A DNA stretch of 64,000 nt from Callorhinchus milii (taxonomy: Eukaryota), in NCBI RefSeq assembly GCF_018977255.1, contig NW_024704959.1:1-64000 (forward strand), in the 5' to 3' direction. Positions 23,051 through 35,747 of this stretch are shown one piece after another (position 1 is the first letter of the stretch; each line of letters starts with the position of its first letter). The translations under genes were made by a program, and so were the position numbers. Under the pieces are notes generated by a model that worked only from the letters and a program-made list of their open reading frames with translations, was not told the origin of the DNA and made no database searches.

Positions 23051-26000
23051 AAGTAAATTGTCCCTGTGCGAGTCTATGGGTCTCTGTGTGTGTCTATGTG
23101 TCTCTGTGTGATTCTATGGACAATGTGCAAGTAAATTGTCCCTGTGTGAGTCTATGGGTCTGTGTGTATGTCTATGTGTCTGTGTGATTCAATGGGTTTT
23201 TTCTGAAAGTATATTGTTTCTGTGTGAGGCTATGGGTTTCTGTGTGAGTCAATGGGTTTTTGTGAAAGTATATTGTTTCTGTGTGAGTCTATGGGTCTTT
23301 GTGTGAGTCAATGGGTGTCTGTGTGAGGCTGTGTCTGTGTGAGATTTTATGGGTCTATTTGCAAGTATATTGTCCCAGTGAGTGATATTGGGTTTCTGTG
23401 TGAGTCAATGGGTGTCTGTGTGAGGCTGTGTGTCTGTGTGTGAGTCTGTGTCTTAGTGCAAGTATATTGTCTTTGTGTGAGTTTATGGGTCTCTGTGTGA
23501 GTCTATGGGTCTCTATATGTGATTATATGGGTCTTTGTGCAAGTATATTATCTCTGTGTGAATCTATGAGTCGATGTATGTCTGTGTCTCTGTGTGATTC
23601 AATGGGTCTTTGTGAAAGTATATTGTTTCTGTGTGAGTCTATGGGTTTCTGTGTGAGTCAATGGGTGTCTGTGTGAGGCTGTGTGTCTGTGTATGATTCT
23701 ATGGGTCTTTGTGCAAGTATATTGTCCCTTTGTGAGTCTATTGTCTCTGTGTGAGTTAATGTCTGTGCGATTCTATGGGTCTTTTTGTAAGTATATTGTC
23801 CCTGTGTGTGTCCATGGGTCTGTGTGTGTATTTGTGTCTCTGTGTTATTCAATGGGTTTTGTGAAAGTATATTTTTCTGTGTGAGTCTATGGGTCTTTGT
23901 GTGAGGTTATGGGTCTCTGTGTGAGTCTATGGGTGTCTGTGTGAGTCTATGGGTGTCTGTGTGAGGCTGTGTGTCTGTGTGATATTTTATGGGTCTATTT
24001 GCAAGTATATTGTCCCAGTGAGTATTTGGGTTTCTGTGTGAGTCAATGGGTGTCTGTGTGAGGCTGTGTGTCTGTGTGTGAGTCTATGGGTCTTAGTGCA
24101 AGTATATTGTCTTTGTGTGAGTTTATGGGTCTCTGTGAGTCTATGGGTCTCTGTGATTATATGGGTCTTTGTGCAAGTATATTGTCCCTGTGTGAATCTA
24201 TGAGTCGATGTATGTCTGTGTCTCTGTGTGATTCAATGGTCTTTGTGAAAGTATATTGTTTCTGTGTGAGTCTATGGGTCTCTGTGTGAGGCTGTGTGTC
24301 TGTGTATGATTCTATGGGTCTTTGTGCAAGTATATTGTCCCTTTGTGAGTCTATTGTCTCTGTGTGAGTTAATGTCCTGTGCGATTCTATGGGTCTTTTT
24401 GTAAGTATATTGTCCCTGTGTGTGTCCATGGGTCTGTGTGTGTATTTGTGTCTCTGTGTTATTCAATGAGTTTTTGTGAAAGTATATTGTTTCTGTGTGA
24501 GTCTATGGGTCTTTGTGTGAGTCAATGGGTGTCTGTGTGAGGCTGTGTGGTTGTGTGAGATTCTATGGGTCTATTTGCAAGTATATTGTCCTGTGTGAGT
24601 CTTTGGGTTTCTGTTGAGTCAATGGGTGTCTGTGTGAGGCTGTGTCTGTGTGTGATTCTATGGGTCTTAGTGCAAGTATATTGTCTGTGTGTTTCGATGG
24701 GTATTTGTGTGAGTCAATGGGTGTCTGTGTCTCTGTGCGAGTCTGTGTCTCTGTGTTTGCCAATGTGTCTTCCTGTGATTCTATGGGTCTTTGGGCAAGT
24801 ATAGTCTTTGTGTGAGCTATGGGTCTCTGTGTGAGTCTATGGGTCTCTGTGTGTGTCTATGGGTATGTGATGCCGCCGCCACGAAGCCGTTCGGCAGGCG
24901 CCCAATCCCCGACCTCGCCACCACCAAGCAACGGAGCCGACCCCGCGTCCCCCCACCTCACCTCACATGAACACACCCGCACGCATTTTCCCCCCCCATA
25001 GAGCTGGAAGGGGAGATCACCTGATCGGCCGGTTTTTATCCGAGAAACCCTTATCGGGATTAACTCTCACGGTTTCCGGCGATCAGGGAATTGGACGACC
25101 TCCCCCGTGCTACGTTGCGCCGCGGCGCTGCGACTGGCCTTAGTGTGGTGTGGTCGCGGCGTGGGGCATTCGGCCACCGCGGTTGAGGCGCATTTCCCCC
25201 CACACACACCCCCACGGGTCGACGAGACAAGCAGGGGAAGGACGGGATAGCATGAGTAGCAGGACCGCAGGGGCTCTTGCGCATAGTCACGGAAGGTTGG
25301 GATGGTTGCGCTTGAGCGCGCAGGCCCCATTGTTAGGGAGGGTAAGGGATTAATTGGATTTACGCCGCGCACGCCGCACACTGATTAGCATATCAAAAGC
25401 GCCGTGGAGGCGCCGCGGAGCCCCGTGCGCGTGCAAGAGGTGCGCGAGCCATTGTTTGGAGTTTGCGCCGCGGGCAGACATTGATTCGGTCAGGCGCGGA
25501 GGTGGCGGAGGAGGGCGGCGATTGTTTAGAGTTTACGCGCGCGGACAGAGGATTAATTAGCATATGCGCCGCTCATGAGCGGAGGCCTTCGGGAGTACGG
25601 GACAGAGGATAAAAGGGATCGCAGCAAGGAGAGGCTCTCACTTCTCTTCAAGAGGCACGCGTGCAAGTCGGCTCCCAGCTCTGCCCTCCGGACGTCCGCG
25701 TGACGTGTCGCGACGGCATAGAGGAAAAGCCACAGGACGCCGAATACTTCTAACAGTGAGTAAGAAGGTGAATTAGAATCATAGCAGATAAATCGGGAAT
25801 AGGTATAAAGGTATCAGCGTAGGCCAGCCTCGTCGACTCACTGATTTAACATCTAATTCGCAGGTAGCAGATAATAAATCATTAATAGCGAAGCGTGGTC
25901 TCGCGTGATCTTGTTGAGCAGTGTGTCGCGTGGGGAGCTGCGTGTGTGTGCGTGCGTCCACCCCGTGTGCGATACAGGTGCGCGATCATAACGCGAGTAG

Positions 26001-27878
26001 TCAGGGGTGAGCGTAGTGCTGCGGCTCGCTCGGGGGAGCGCTGCGCAGAGGGCGCGAGAGTGGGTGTCGCGTGTGTTCACTCCGTGTGTGATACAGGTGC
26101 GCGATCATAACGCGAGTATTCAGTGGTGAGGGAGTGCCGCGGGGAGCTGTATGCGTGAGTGCGCATACGTTCGTTACGTGTCGGATACGGATGCGCATTG
26201 GTAACGTGGTTATTCGACGTGGAGGCGAGTGCCGCACAGGGCTATAGACGGGCACACGCTCGCAGCGTGCGAGAGCTGTACGTAGCGGTGTAAAGAGGGG
26301 GAGTGTGCGTCTGATTGATGATGCTGTGCGCACGTATGCTCGCAGCGTGGGAGCGCGGCGCGAGGCTGTAACAGTAGGGGCGTCGTGTTCGAATGCCGGC
26401 GAAACCGTAGCGGGTAATAAGGAGGTGGGGTAACGTAAATGGAATAGGGGATGCAGGCGGGAGGGACCCCGGGGGCCAACGGCCCCCACAGGTATATGTT
26501 TGAGTCTATGGGTCTCTGTGTGGGTGTATGGGTCTATGTGTGGGTGTATGGGTCTATGTGTGAGGTTATGGGTCTCTGTGTGAGTCTATGGGTATCTGTG
26601 TGAGTCTATGGGTGTCTGTGTGAGGCTGTGTGTCTGTGTGATATTTTGTGGGTCTATTTGCAAGTATATTGTCCCAGTGAGTGAGTATTTGGGTTTCTGT
26701 GTGAGTCAATGGGTGTCTGTGTGAGGCTGTGTGTCTGTGTGTGAGTCTATGGGTCTCTATGTGATTATATGGGTCTTTGTGCAAGTATATTGTCCCTGTG
26801 TGAATCTATGAGTCGATGTATGTCTGTGTCTCTGTGTGATTCGATGGGTTTTTGTGAAAGTATATTGTTTCTGTGTGAGTCTATGGGTCTCTGTGTGAGT
26901 CAATGGGTGTCTGTGTGAGGCTGTGTGTCTGTGTATGATTCTATGGGTCTTTGTGCAAGTATATTGTCCCTTTGTGAGTCTATTGTCTCTGTGTGAGTTA
27001 ATGTCCCTGTGCGATTCTATGGGTCTTTTTGTAAGTATATTGTCCCTGTGTGTGTCCATGGGTCTGTGTGTGTATTTGTGTCTCTGTGTTATTCAATGGG
27101 TTTTTGTGAAAGTATATTGTTTCTGTGTGAGTCTATGGGTCTCTGTGTGAGTCAATTGGTTTTTTGTGAAAGTATATTGTTTCTGTGTGAGTCTATGGGT
27201 CTTTGATTCCATGGGTCTATTTGCAAGTATATTGTCCCTGTGTGAGTCTTTGGGTATTTGTGTGAGTCAATGGGTGTCTGTGTCTCTGTGCGAGTCTGTG
27301 TCTCTGTGTTTGCCAATGTGTCTTCCTGTGATTCTATGGGTCTTTGGGCAAGTATAGTCTTTGTGTGAGTTTATGGGTCTCTGTGTGAGTCTATGGGTCT
27401 CTGTGTGTGTCTATGGGTATATGTTTGAGTCTATAGGTCTCTGTGTGGGTGTATGGGTCTATGTGTGGGTGTATGGGTCTATGTGTGAGGTTATGGGTCT
27501 CTGTGTGAGTCTATGGGTATCTGTGTGAGTCTATGGGTCTCTGTGGGATTTTTTTCTCTGTGTGTGTCATTGGGTCTCGGTGTCTATGGGTCTGTGTGCA
27601 AGTATATTGTCCCTATGTGGGTGTATGGGTCTCTGTGTGAGTCTATGGGTCGCTGTGTTAGTCTATGGGTCTTTGTGCAAGTATATTGTTTCTGTGCGAG
27701 TCTTTGGGTTTCTGTGCGAGTCAATGGGTGTCTGTGTGAGGCTGTGTGTCTGTGTGAGATTCTATGGGTCATTGTGCAAGTATATTGTTCCTGCGTGAGT
27801 CTTTGGGTTTCTGTGTGAGTCAATGGGTGTCTGTGTGAGGCTGTGTGTCTGTGTATGATTCTATGGGTCTTAGTGCAG
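23050..27878. repeat. Complex TG-rich satellite with higher-order blocks, interrupted by a solo LTR
   Basis: Units such as TGTGTGAGTCTATGGGTC and GCAAGTATATTGTC. Blocks of several hundred bp recur near 23300, 23950 and 26600. Confidence 0.95.
24866..26490 (+). mobile_element. 1.6-kb solo LTR related to the Gypsy element at 49295-57660
   Basis: TGTGATGCC...GGCCCCCACA termini and TSD GGTA. Long blocks are homologous to the reverse complement of 56123-57660. Confidence 0.93.
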
Positions 27879-28354
27879 CCGTCCTCCCCTAATTAGCGCG
27901 AATAATCGAGAGTCTACTGTACTTGGCTCCCATTGCCACTGCTTTGCAGCACTGAGTAATGAGCGAAAGCCCACGAGCACAAGGGGACAACATTCACAGG
28001 GCCGCACAGACAAGTCACGTGCCCCAACTTTCTATACTGCCACCTTTCAGCCCCATGAGTTTACAGGCACGTGCCACCACCTCGGTCAGATCAGTAAATG
28101 CAATCACGTAAAATTGTCCATTGCAATGATTGATGTTGATTGACGTGGCTCTGCTGCTGTCCCCTTTGTGGGCCGAGTCGTCTGCGCGGGAGCAGGAAAT
28201 TGTTATCATTGAGCACGCGCATCGATCTATCGTGAGTTCTACAATTTTAGTTTAATTCATTAACCAACTCAATTTTCTTAACTTAAACATAACTTATACC
28301 ACTATACTTTAGTGGTTTTTGGCATAGAGATCCACGGAAGATGAATATTTGGGA

Positions 28355-28424
28355 TTATCCACGATTTTGAATTATCCGTGGCCATCCTCCCGGTCATTAG
28401 TGTGGAAAATGGAGAGTCTACTGT
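28355..28424. mobile_element. pogo/Tigger-like MITE end; similar ends at 27885-27921 and ~36200-36262
   Basis: Ends in GAGAGTCTACTG followed by TA. Confidence 0.5.
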
Positions 28425-29072
28425 AATCAACAATCCTTTTTTGGCCCAATATTGAATAATCCTTTGATAAACACATGCTTGGTTTTGTTTTTCCAAGCTA
28501 AGTCCCAAATAGCAATAGGATTCATACCAACCCCTCTTGTACATTTGATCACCTTTTCAAGTTGCTGCGATCCCCAGTCGGTCGCACAGAGGTGATGCGT
28601 AAAGTAAAGGCCGACCGAAATTCGGTTTCGGTGCCGAAAGTTGGCAAATGGCCGCTTTCGACATACGTTCGGTTTCGGCCGAAAGTACATTTTTTACTTT
28701 CGGTTTACTTTCGATTTCGGCCGAAACTGATATTGACTTTCGGTCAACCGAAGATCTATTTTTAGAATATAACGCTAGTGCTACGTTTATCTCTCTGCCT
28801 ATCGGCCGGTCAGTCGGCGCTAGGCAATCCTGCGATAGGCTGCAAAAACACATCAGCAGCAGCTTGGGAGCGAGGTTACAGCCGCAACGATGGTCTGTTA
28901 ATGTCAACAGACGGCAGCCTGCTTTTGCATCCGTGGGTGGAGTCTCTTTGGCGGGACGACAACAAAGTGCCGTTGTTGTCTGTTCCCAGCCGCCTGCCCG
29001 CCTTGGCTTATGTGTTGCGTTCTCTTCAGTCTACACGCGTGTTGATACCGAGATTCGAAGTCTGACAATATT

Positions 29073-29311
29073 CTTCTTGGTTCTTTCGGTAAAGTCACTT
29101 AGAAGGGAAGTAATAAAATAATAAAAATAAAACATAATAAAAAAATGAAGAATTCTTCACCTGAGGACAGCTGCTTGCGTTGTGGCCGAAACGTCGTGAG
29201 AATTATTTTATTATGTTTTATTTTTATTATTTTATTATTTCCCTTCTATGTGACTTTACCGAAAGAACCAAGAAGATGAATCCCTGCAGTCACGAAAGCT
29301 TTAAATCGAAA
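29073..29311 (+). mobile_element. ~240-bp PLE-derived mini-element with hammerhead
   Basis: Inverted short arm, hammerhead, then tail. 12-bp TSD TCTGACAATATT (29061-29072, 29312-29323). Confidence 0.9.
29158..29198 (+). ncRNA. Type I hammerhead ribozyme core (one stem II mismatch)
   Basis: CAC-CTGAGGA-CAGCTGC-TTGCGTT-GTGGCC-GAAACGTC-GTG. Confidence 0.75.
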
Positions 29312-29624
29312 TCTGACAATATTGTTATTCAGTTAGTTAATAGTTACGTAGCGAATTAGTGATAACAAAATTACGAATCTGAGTGAAGTAGAAAATTAAA
29401 CTTAATAAACGGAGCAGTTAATCACTAAAGTCGATTCTGATGCAAGAAACAGCAACCTGCTGGGCGAGAATGCGGAAAAACTGGTATTTCTTAACTACAA
29501 CATTCGTTTGTTTAGATATAATTACTAAGTAACACCTAAAGATTTGATATTTAACGACTCTTACTGCAGGCTCTGAATGATTAGTTCTAGATAGATTTTT
29601 TATTAAAGTAGCATTGCATCATGA

Positions 29625-30233
29625 CCTATATATAAAAAATGAAAATTTGTGAATGTGTCTGTTCAAAATGTTTAGCGTACTTCCCGACATGCAACAAACT
29701 TTAAATTTGCCATGTGGGTACTTTCCATACTGTACACCATGCATACACTTTGGTATTATTTTTTTGGGGGGGGGGGGGGTGCAATAATGCATATATTTTG
29801 CACGGCAAGCGAGCTGTGATGTCACATCTGTCATGTCACCCGCGCATGTGTAGAGCTTAGCGCTACGAACATGGCGTGGTGCTGGCCACCCACCCCCTCG
29901 TGTGCCATGCCGGCCTTCATAGGTACTCGCTAACAGCACTTGCCCCCTACAGTCTCACAGGCTACATGGTGGATTTTTGTCCTTATCCTGTGTGTATGTA
30001 GGGGGGGCAGCGACTGCGTAGCGATTCGCGCGCTGCGCTACGAACCCGACGACCCAAGTTCAATTCCCACTCATGGCCACCGCCGGTGACGATTATTTGA
30101 ACTGGTCCTGGGCCTCCCCTAGGTCGACTCAGCCTCAAACGAGTAAGTGGTGTGTCAACATCGCCACTGGGGAGACAAAGGCAGCCGGCCGTGGTGAATC
30201 CAAGTCCCGGGCGAAGCCGGGTAGTAAAGCTAG
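29625..30233 (+). mobile_element. Non-autonomous Helitron containing two SINE pieces
   Basis: 5' A|CCTATATATAAAAAATGAA (TC start altered). 3' hairpin CCCGG-GCGAAG-CCGGG followed by CTAG|T. Confidence 0.7.
29998..30196 (+). mobile_element. tRNA-derived SINE, 5' part; an internally deleted copy lies at 29851-29985
   Basis: B-box-like GTTCAATTCC and the GTCGACTCAGCCTCAAA core. Confidence 0.8.
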
Positions 30234-30739
30234 TATTTCATAAATCTTGTGTTCGGTAACTTTGGTTATAAACCTTTCTGTTTTGGTCTCGGTCGAAAGT
30301 GTAGTTAACTTTCGGTTTGCCGAAAGTGAAGTTCAACTTTCGGTTTCGGCCAAAAGCCAATATTTAACTTTCGGTCTGGTTTCGGTTTCGGCCGAAACCA
30401 GAAATTCAGTTTCGGTCATCCTCTAGCGTCAATGCTTCAGCCTACAACACGCCATGGCAACGTAACTGGTACTGGGCAACTATCTGAACGCTGGAATAAA
30501 AAAAACCCGTCTTTCTTGCAACCAAAAACGGCAGGATGGATATGCATGGTGTGCATGCATAATGTGAATGTATGTCTGTTGATTATCCTATGAATAACCC
30601 AACCGATATTGGATATCCATTGTAATTTATATGCATTTATAACCTCCCCCCCCCCGGCCTTCGGCCTAATTGCCCCACAAGTGAGACATCACATTTATCT
30701 CTTGAGAAATCCTCCTGCTTCGCTCTTAACAACCCTGGC

Positions 30740-30845
30740 TATCGCCTGTTGATGTGAGTTGGAATTACTGACAAAACGTCGTACTCGAATTGTAAATTTT
30801 ATTTTATACCTACGTGACTTTACCAAAAGAACCAAAGAGTATTGA
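30740..30845 (+). mobile_element. Degenerate PLE pLTR end
   Basis: CTGTTGA...AAAACGTCG (broken hammerhead), then CTACGTGACTTTACCAAAAGAACCAAAGAGTA. Confidence 0.65.
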
Positions 30846-30879
30846 ATTGTAAATGTTGGGGGTTTACTCTCGAACACAC

Positions 30880-31045
30880 CAGTGTGCTGAACTAGTAACG
30901 AATTAGCACGTTTTGATTACGTGACAAACCTCACTACAGTAATTGGCTGTGTTGGCGGTGGCGGGTTTAACGACACATTCATATTTACGTCGTCTAACCC
31001 AAAAACCTCGATTATGGATAATGGTCGTGAAAGCTTGAGGTCTTC
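30880..31045 (+). mobile_element. Terminal fragment of a second PLE-like family; second copy at ~34885-35036
   Basis: The two copies share TCTAACCCAAAAACCTCGATTATGGA..TGGTCG.GAAAGC, the same architecture as the main pLTR tail. Confidence 0.55.
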
Positions 31046-32539
31046 TTGGGGTAAACAAACTTATGAATATTTATGTTGAACTTCTTTCGCACCGTACATA
31101 GCCAACTGTGCTAATCGGAGGTGTGGAAATAGAAAAAGCCTTGGTTGGAACGCAGCTAAAAGGCCTGGTGACAGAAGTGACCTGTCTGCTATTTTACATC
31201 TCTAGGTTTCAATCAACTCATTGCCCAGCATAAATTTAAACGTGAACTCGACTACGGGAACAGACCTGAATCTGACCGTCAGAACGGAGGCTTTGGATTC
31301 GGGCCGTGGCCCAGGTGCAGTGGTTTGTGCTGTACAGAGCCCTCGACAAGATAGGTGCCAGACACCAGCGCCGCGGCCGCCCTGCGCGAGCGGCCGCTCA
31401 GGGTAGAGCGGCCGAGGCTTCCCACCAAATCGCTCCTCCAGCATTTCCTTCAGCCTGCACGCCCCGCACACACAGGCCGCAACGCGATGTCCACACACAA
31501 TAAAAAAAATGCCACACTCCAAGTGCTATGAGGCTCCATCCACACGGTGGCGCTGCTACACAAAGCAATGAAGCACGGCTGTTACGAAGACTTAGGGAGT
31601 TTAGTCATTTGTGGAATTGTTTTTTTAACTTGTCATGGGACCTTGTTGTCAGCATCGAAGTATAAAGAATAACAATAAGTTTTACCCTTTCTGGCAATAA
31701 AACATGTCTTAAGATGTTCAAACACCAAATAGATCACGTTACATTTTTCATGAATGGAAAACTTGTTTCTCTAGTCCATACCACGAGCCACTGGTCCAAC
31801 ATTCCTCGTAACATTCAGCAATTCCCTTTCGGCCACGCAACATGCTGCAGGTCAACGTTTTGGAGGGCGTTGGCTCTGCATAGGCTATTGAGGCCCAGAG
31901 TCCTGGGCTGGGCAACAGTCGAGACCGCCGCGGGTCATTGACACGGAGCGGCCCCAACGAGTCACAACGCCGCTAGAGTGAGTGGAAAGCTCGCCGCGCC
32001 ATCTGAACGAGCCACGTTCCACATGGTCAGGGCTGTCAACGTTCTTGCCCAACTCACGGCGGCTCGCTTTGACGCTGCTGAGCACGCTTCCACGCATGCT
32101 CGGAATGGAGGCGGGCCGTTAACGCTCCGTGTAGAGCAAACTCTAGCGCTTCCATGTAACTCGGCTGTCTGCGCCGCGATCTACAATGTTAGCTGGAGTG
32201 CAGACTTACTGAGGATCTGATAAAGCAATCTTGAGCAATGCCACTATGTATTGGGCCTGCCTGCATTGCACCTGTGCACGTTGCGCCCACGCGAGTGGTG
32301 CCTGTATGCTTGTGGGTAGGGGATGGGTGAGGTTTGTGGGTAGGGAGTAGGGAAGGGTGAGGATTGTGATAAGGGAGTGGTGAGGGACGAGGCTTGTGGG
32401 TAGGGAAGGGTGAGGCTTGTGGGTAGGGGGTGGACACTGGGAACTGTGGGTACTCTGTGCCCGCCCTATATAACTTTATCTGCAGCGTGTTCCGCAGGCC
32501 GCGAAGGGAATTTCTGAACCTTGTGAATGTTGGACGGTG

Positions 32540-33420
32540 GCTGGCAGTATAGTGTCATGGTGGCGTGGTATACAGGAGGGCGTGGGTTCCATCCCGACCC
32601 TGACGCCTGCTGTAAATTTGGAGTTTGCATGTTCCCTCCGCAGTCGCGTGGATTTTTCTCTGGGTCCTCTGGTTTTCCCCTCTACATTTAGATTCAAGAT
32701 GCCTTAATAGTATTTGGCTAATTAAAATTTGCACATAAGCCCCTTCGTTGAACTATTATTTGTAGTGAAATGAGAGCGTAAATGGGGTTTGCTGCTGGGC
32801 TCTGGCCCAATCACACGGCCCGGGTTATTGGGGGGCGGAGCCCGGTATGGGGGGCGTGTGGGAGGGGCCGCCGTTCACCTCGGCTCCAATTGGAAGCGAG
32901 GTGAATGGGGGTGGAGCCAGCAGGGCAGTATGGGAAGGCCGTATCTGACGATCCGGAAGGGGAGGAGTCAGGGTCACGTGGGGGAGAGGATATAAGTGGG
33001 AGCTCGGAAGAATCGGGGAGTTGCGGAGTAAAGAGGCTGAGCCACGTTGGGTGGTGAGAGGAGATCCGCGCCATCGGCCACGTGGCCGAAGGACCTTCAG
33101 CACGCCGTCGGCCAGCGGAGTGCGGGAGTGGAGGAGCTAACGGAGGAGCGTGCGTGGGCGCGCGCGAGGAGACGCTGGTCCCCTGTCAGGACTAGCGGGG
33201 TGTGAGGAAGAGTGGAGGAGCCGATGAGGTCGCGCGTGCGGGGCGCGCGCTAGACGACGCTGGTCCGCGGACAGGACCAGCGGGGTGCGGAGAAAGAAAC
33301 TAAATAAAAGGCCAAAGGAGACCAACAGTGACCAACGGAGTCTTTTATTACAGTAGCCAGGTCACTTCTGAAAAATAGCTATATAGTTCAGTAGGCACTT
33401 AAAATAAAAAAGTTTAGTTT
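32540..33420 (+). mobile_element. V-SINE-like element interrupted by a solo LTR
   Basis: TGGAGTTTGCATGTT...GGTTTTCCCCTC V-domain-like core. An uninterrupted homologue lies at 44908-45205. Confidence 0.75.
32766..33352 (+). mobile_element. Solo LTR
   Basis: TGAAAT...ATTACA termini, TSD GTAG, TATAA near 32990, AATAAA near 33303. Confidence 0.85.
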
Positions 33421-33642
33421 ATAGCAGTTAGTATAAAAAAAGAGAAATGCAATAAACATGTCACCACGCATTATCGCGCACACGGAGATGAGCCGAGCGG
33501 CCGCAGAGGCGAGGGGGAGAGCGGTGATGCTCACGTGGGTAGGAATTTCCAAGCGCTTCGTCGGGCTGCAGGTAGGAGGCCGGGGACCTGACGAAGGAGA
33601 CGAAGGTGTGAGTAGGCGTCATCGCAAAAACACCCCAATAAC

Positions 33643-34340
33643 CAGATACCCCCCTTAGCCACGGGGCTGGACACAACACAGATACCCCCCCTGCCACGGG
33701 CTGGACAAACACAGATATGCACGGCTGGACACAACACAGATACCCCCCTTGCCACGGGCTGGACACAACACAGATACCCCCCCCTTGCCACGGGCTGGAC
33801 ACAACACAGATACCCCCCTTGCCATGGGCTGGACACAACACAGATACCCCCCCTTGCCACGGGGGCTGGACACAACACAGATACCCCCCTTGCCACGGGG
33901 CTGGACACAACACAGATACCCCCCCTTTGCCACGGGGCTGGACACAACACAGATACCCCCCCCCTTGCCACGGGGCTGGACACAACACAGATACCCCCCT
34001 TGCCACGGGGCTGGACACAACACAGATTACCCCCCCCCTTGCCCACAGGGGGCTGGACACAACACAGATACCCCCCCCTTGCCATGGTGGACTGGACACA
34101 ACACAGATACCCCCCTTGCCACGGGGCTGGACACAACACAGATACCCCCCCCTTTGCCATGCGGCTGGACACAACACAGATACCCCCCTTGCCCACGGGG
34201 CTGGACACAACACAGATACCCCCCCTTGCCATGGGGCTGGACACAACACAGATACCCCCCTTGCCACGGGGGCTGGACAAAACACAGATTACCCCCCCCC
34301 CCCCTTGCCATGGGGCTGGACACAACACAGATAACCCCTT
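33643..34340. repeat. ~35-bp minisatellite GCCACGGGGCTGGACACAACACAGATACCCCCCTT
   Basis: Direct tandem repeats with a variable C-run and no unique spacers. Confidence 0.97.
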
Positions 34341-35440
34341 GATACTGGGCTGAGTGCATAAGCAACTGAAGTAGAATTGTGTTAAATAAAGTACATACAG
34401 TAAAAAACTCATGAAATAAACTTAAATGAAGAAAACTAGCAATAGAAACATGGGGAAAAACAAGCTCTCAGCATATAAAACAAGCAATGACATAATGCTA
34501 CGAAATGAAAGAATTACATAACACGACAATAAATGCCTTAACCCTCGTGGAGCTCAAGCGAGGCGTAAGGTTGCCCCTCGCCTTACGTCTCGCTCCACGG
34601 TATTCATCCGCAAACCTCACTGTGCTGCAATATTTGCGCTTACGTAATTAACGCAAGAATGTCTGAATATCGATGTTTTATTGTTACGTGATTTATGGAA
34701 GCATTCCCATTAGGTTAGATTTCCTCAAGTTAGATCTTTCGCAACCTGGGGACTGTCTGTACATGAAGGAAGATTCGCATTGCCGTTTACGACAGATGCT
34801 GGTTAGTGAAGAGCATTCCAGATTGTAGAATGCCGTATAACAATATATTTTCCTGTATTTTAATACATCTTTACTTTCCAACGATGTGCTGTACTAGTCA
34901 TGAATTGGCATGTTTTGGTTACGTGACAAACCTTACTAATTGACCGTATTGGGTGGTGCCGGGATTAACGACATTTATTATATTTACGCAATCTAACCCA
35001 AAAACCTCGATTATGGACATTGGTCGCGAAAGCCTGCTACATATTCAACTGACAGCTTGGTAGTGTACCATTAAAATGTCAAGCGGCAACATTTTCAAAA
35101 AGAGAAAGCGTACAAAAAAGATGGCATCATCGTTTGTCCCTCTCCGATTGCTTGCCAAATACAAGGAAACTATTGCAAACGTGGCAGTGAGTAAAACTCG
35201 TAACTGCAAATCACAGACAGAAGCAAGCGACATCTTGTGTCGTTGACTCGGATTCATCCATTCTGGTCCCTTGCAAAATGTTTTTGACAATGCCTGAAAA
35301 ACTTCGCTTTCACTGTTAACAAATAAATCTTTGGCTCATATTTGCAGGTTGTTTTATCCACTGCAGTAGCACCCAGTTACACCACTGGGGACTTCACACG
35401 AGACCAGCCGAGAGGCGTTTTGATAACACGTTCACATACA

Positions 35441-35747
35441 AAAGACAAAGATCCCCCGTGTAGCCTTAACAGACTGTTGGGGCAAGTGCCGATAGTGAGT
35501 AGCATCCATGAAGGCCGGCACGGCGCGAGAGGGTGTTTGGCCAACATCAAGCCCGGCCGCCTTTGTCTCCCCAGTGGCGTTGTTTACACACTGTACCAGG
35601 TACTCATTTGACGCCGAGTCAACTTTAGGGGAGGTCCAGGACTGGTTCATATAATCGTCACCAGTGTTGGCGGCCATGAGCGGGAATCGAACTCGTGTCG
35701 CCGGGTTCGTAGCGCAGCGTAGCGCTAACCGCTGCACTATTGTGCAC
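35441..35747 (-). mobile_element. Full-length tRNA-derived SINE (core resembles the Deu/Nin domain)
   Basis: Minus-strand tRNA-like head with GAGTTCGATTCC, then GACTCGGCGTCAAATGAGTACC and AAAGGCGGCCGG. Further copies at 36520-36665, 39116-39290 and 45820-45980. Confidence 0.85.

Larger units (their letters stand above)
28605..30425 (+). mobile_element. Non-autonomous hAT element hosting nested insertions
   Basis: Imperfect TIRs TAAAGGCCGACCGAAA / TTTCGGTCATCCTCTA and TTTCGG subterminal repeats. Flanks GCGTAAAG and GCGTCAAT. hAT dimerisation-domain-like remnant RNSNLLGENAEKLVFLNYNIRLF at 29439-29528. Confidence 0.75.

Noticed and set aside
31202-32220. Possible host exons in unique GC-rich sequence
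   Set aside because: No recognisable homology and no consistent splice structure.
33643-34340. CRISPR-like array
   Set aside because: Head-to-tail repeats with no unique spacers, no cas genes, eukaryotic context.
34545-34600. Short hairpin GCGAGGCGTAAGG / CCTTACGTCTCGC next to TTAACCCT
   Set aside because: Single copy with no partner TIR found; could not be classified.
35680-35745. tRNA genes at B-box motifs
   Set aside because: These are SINE heads without a complete cloverleaf.
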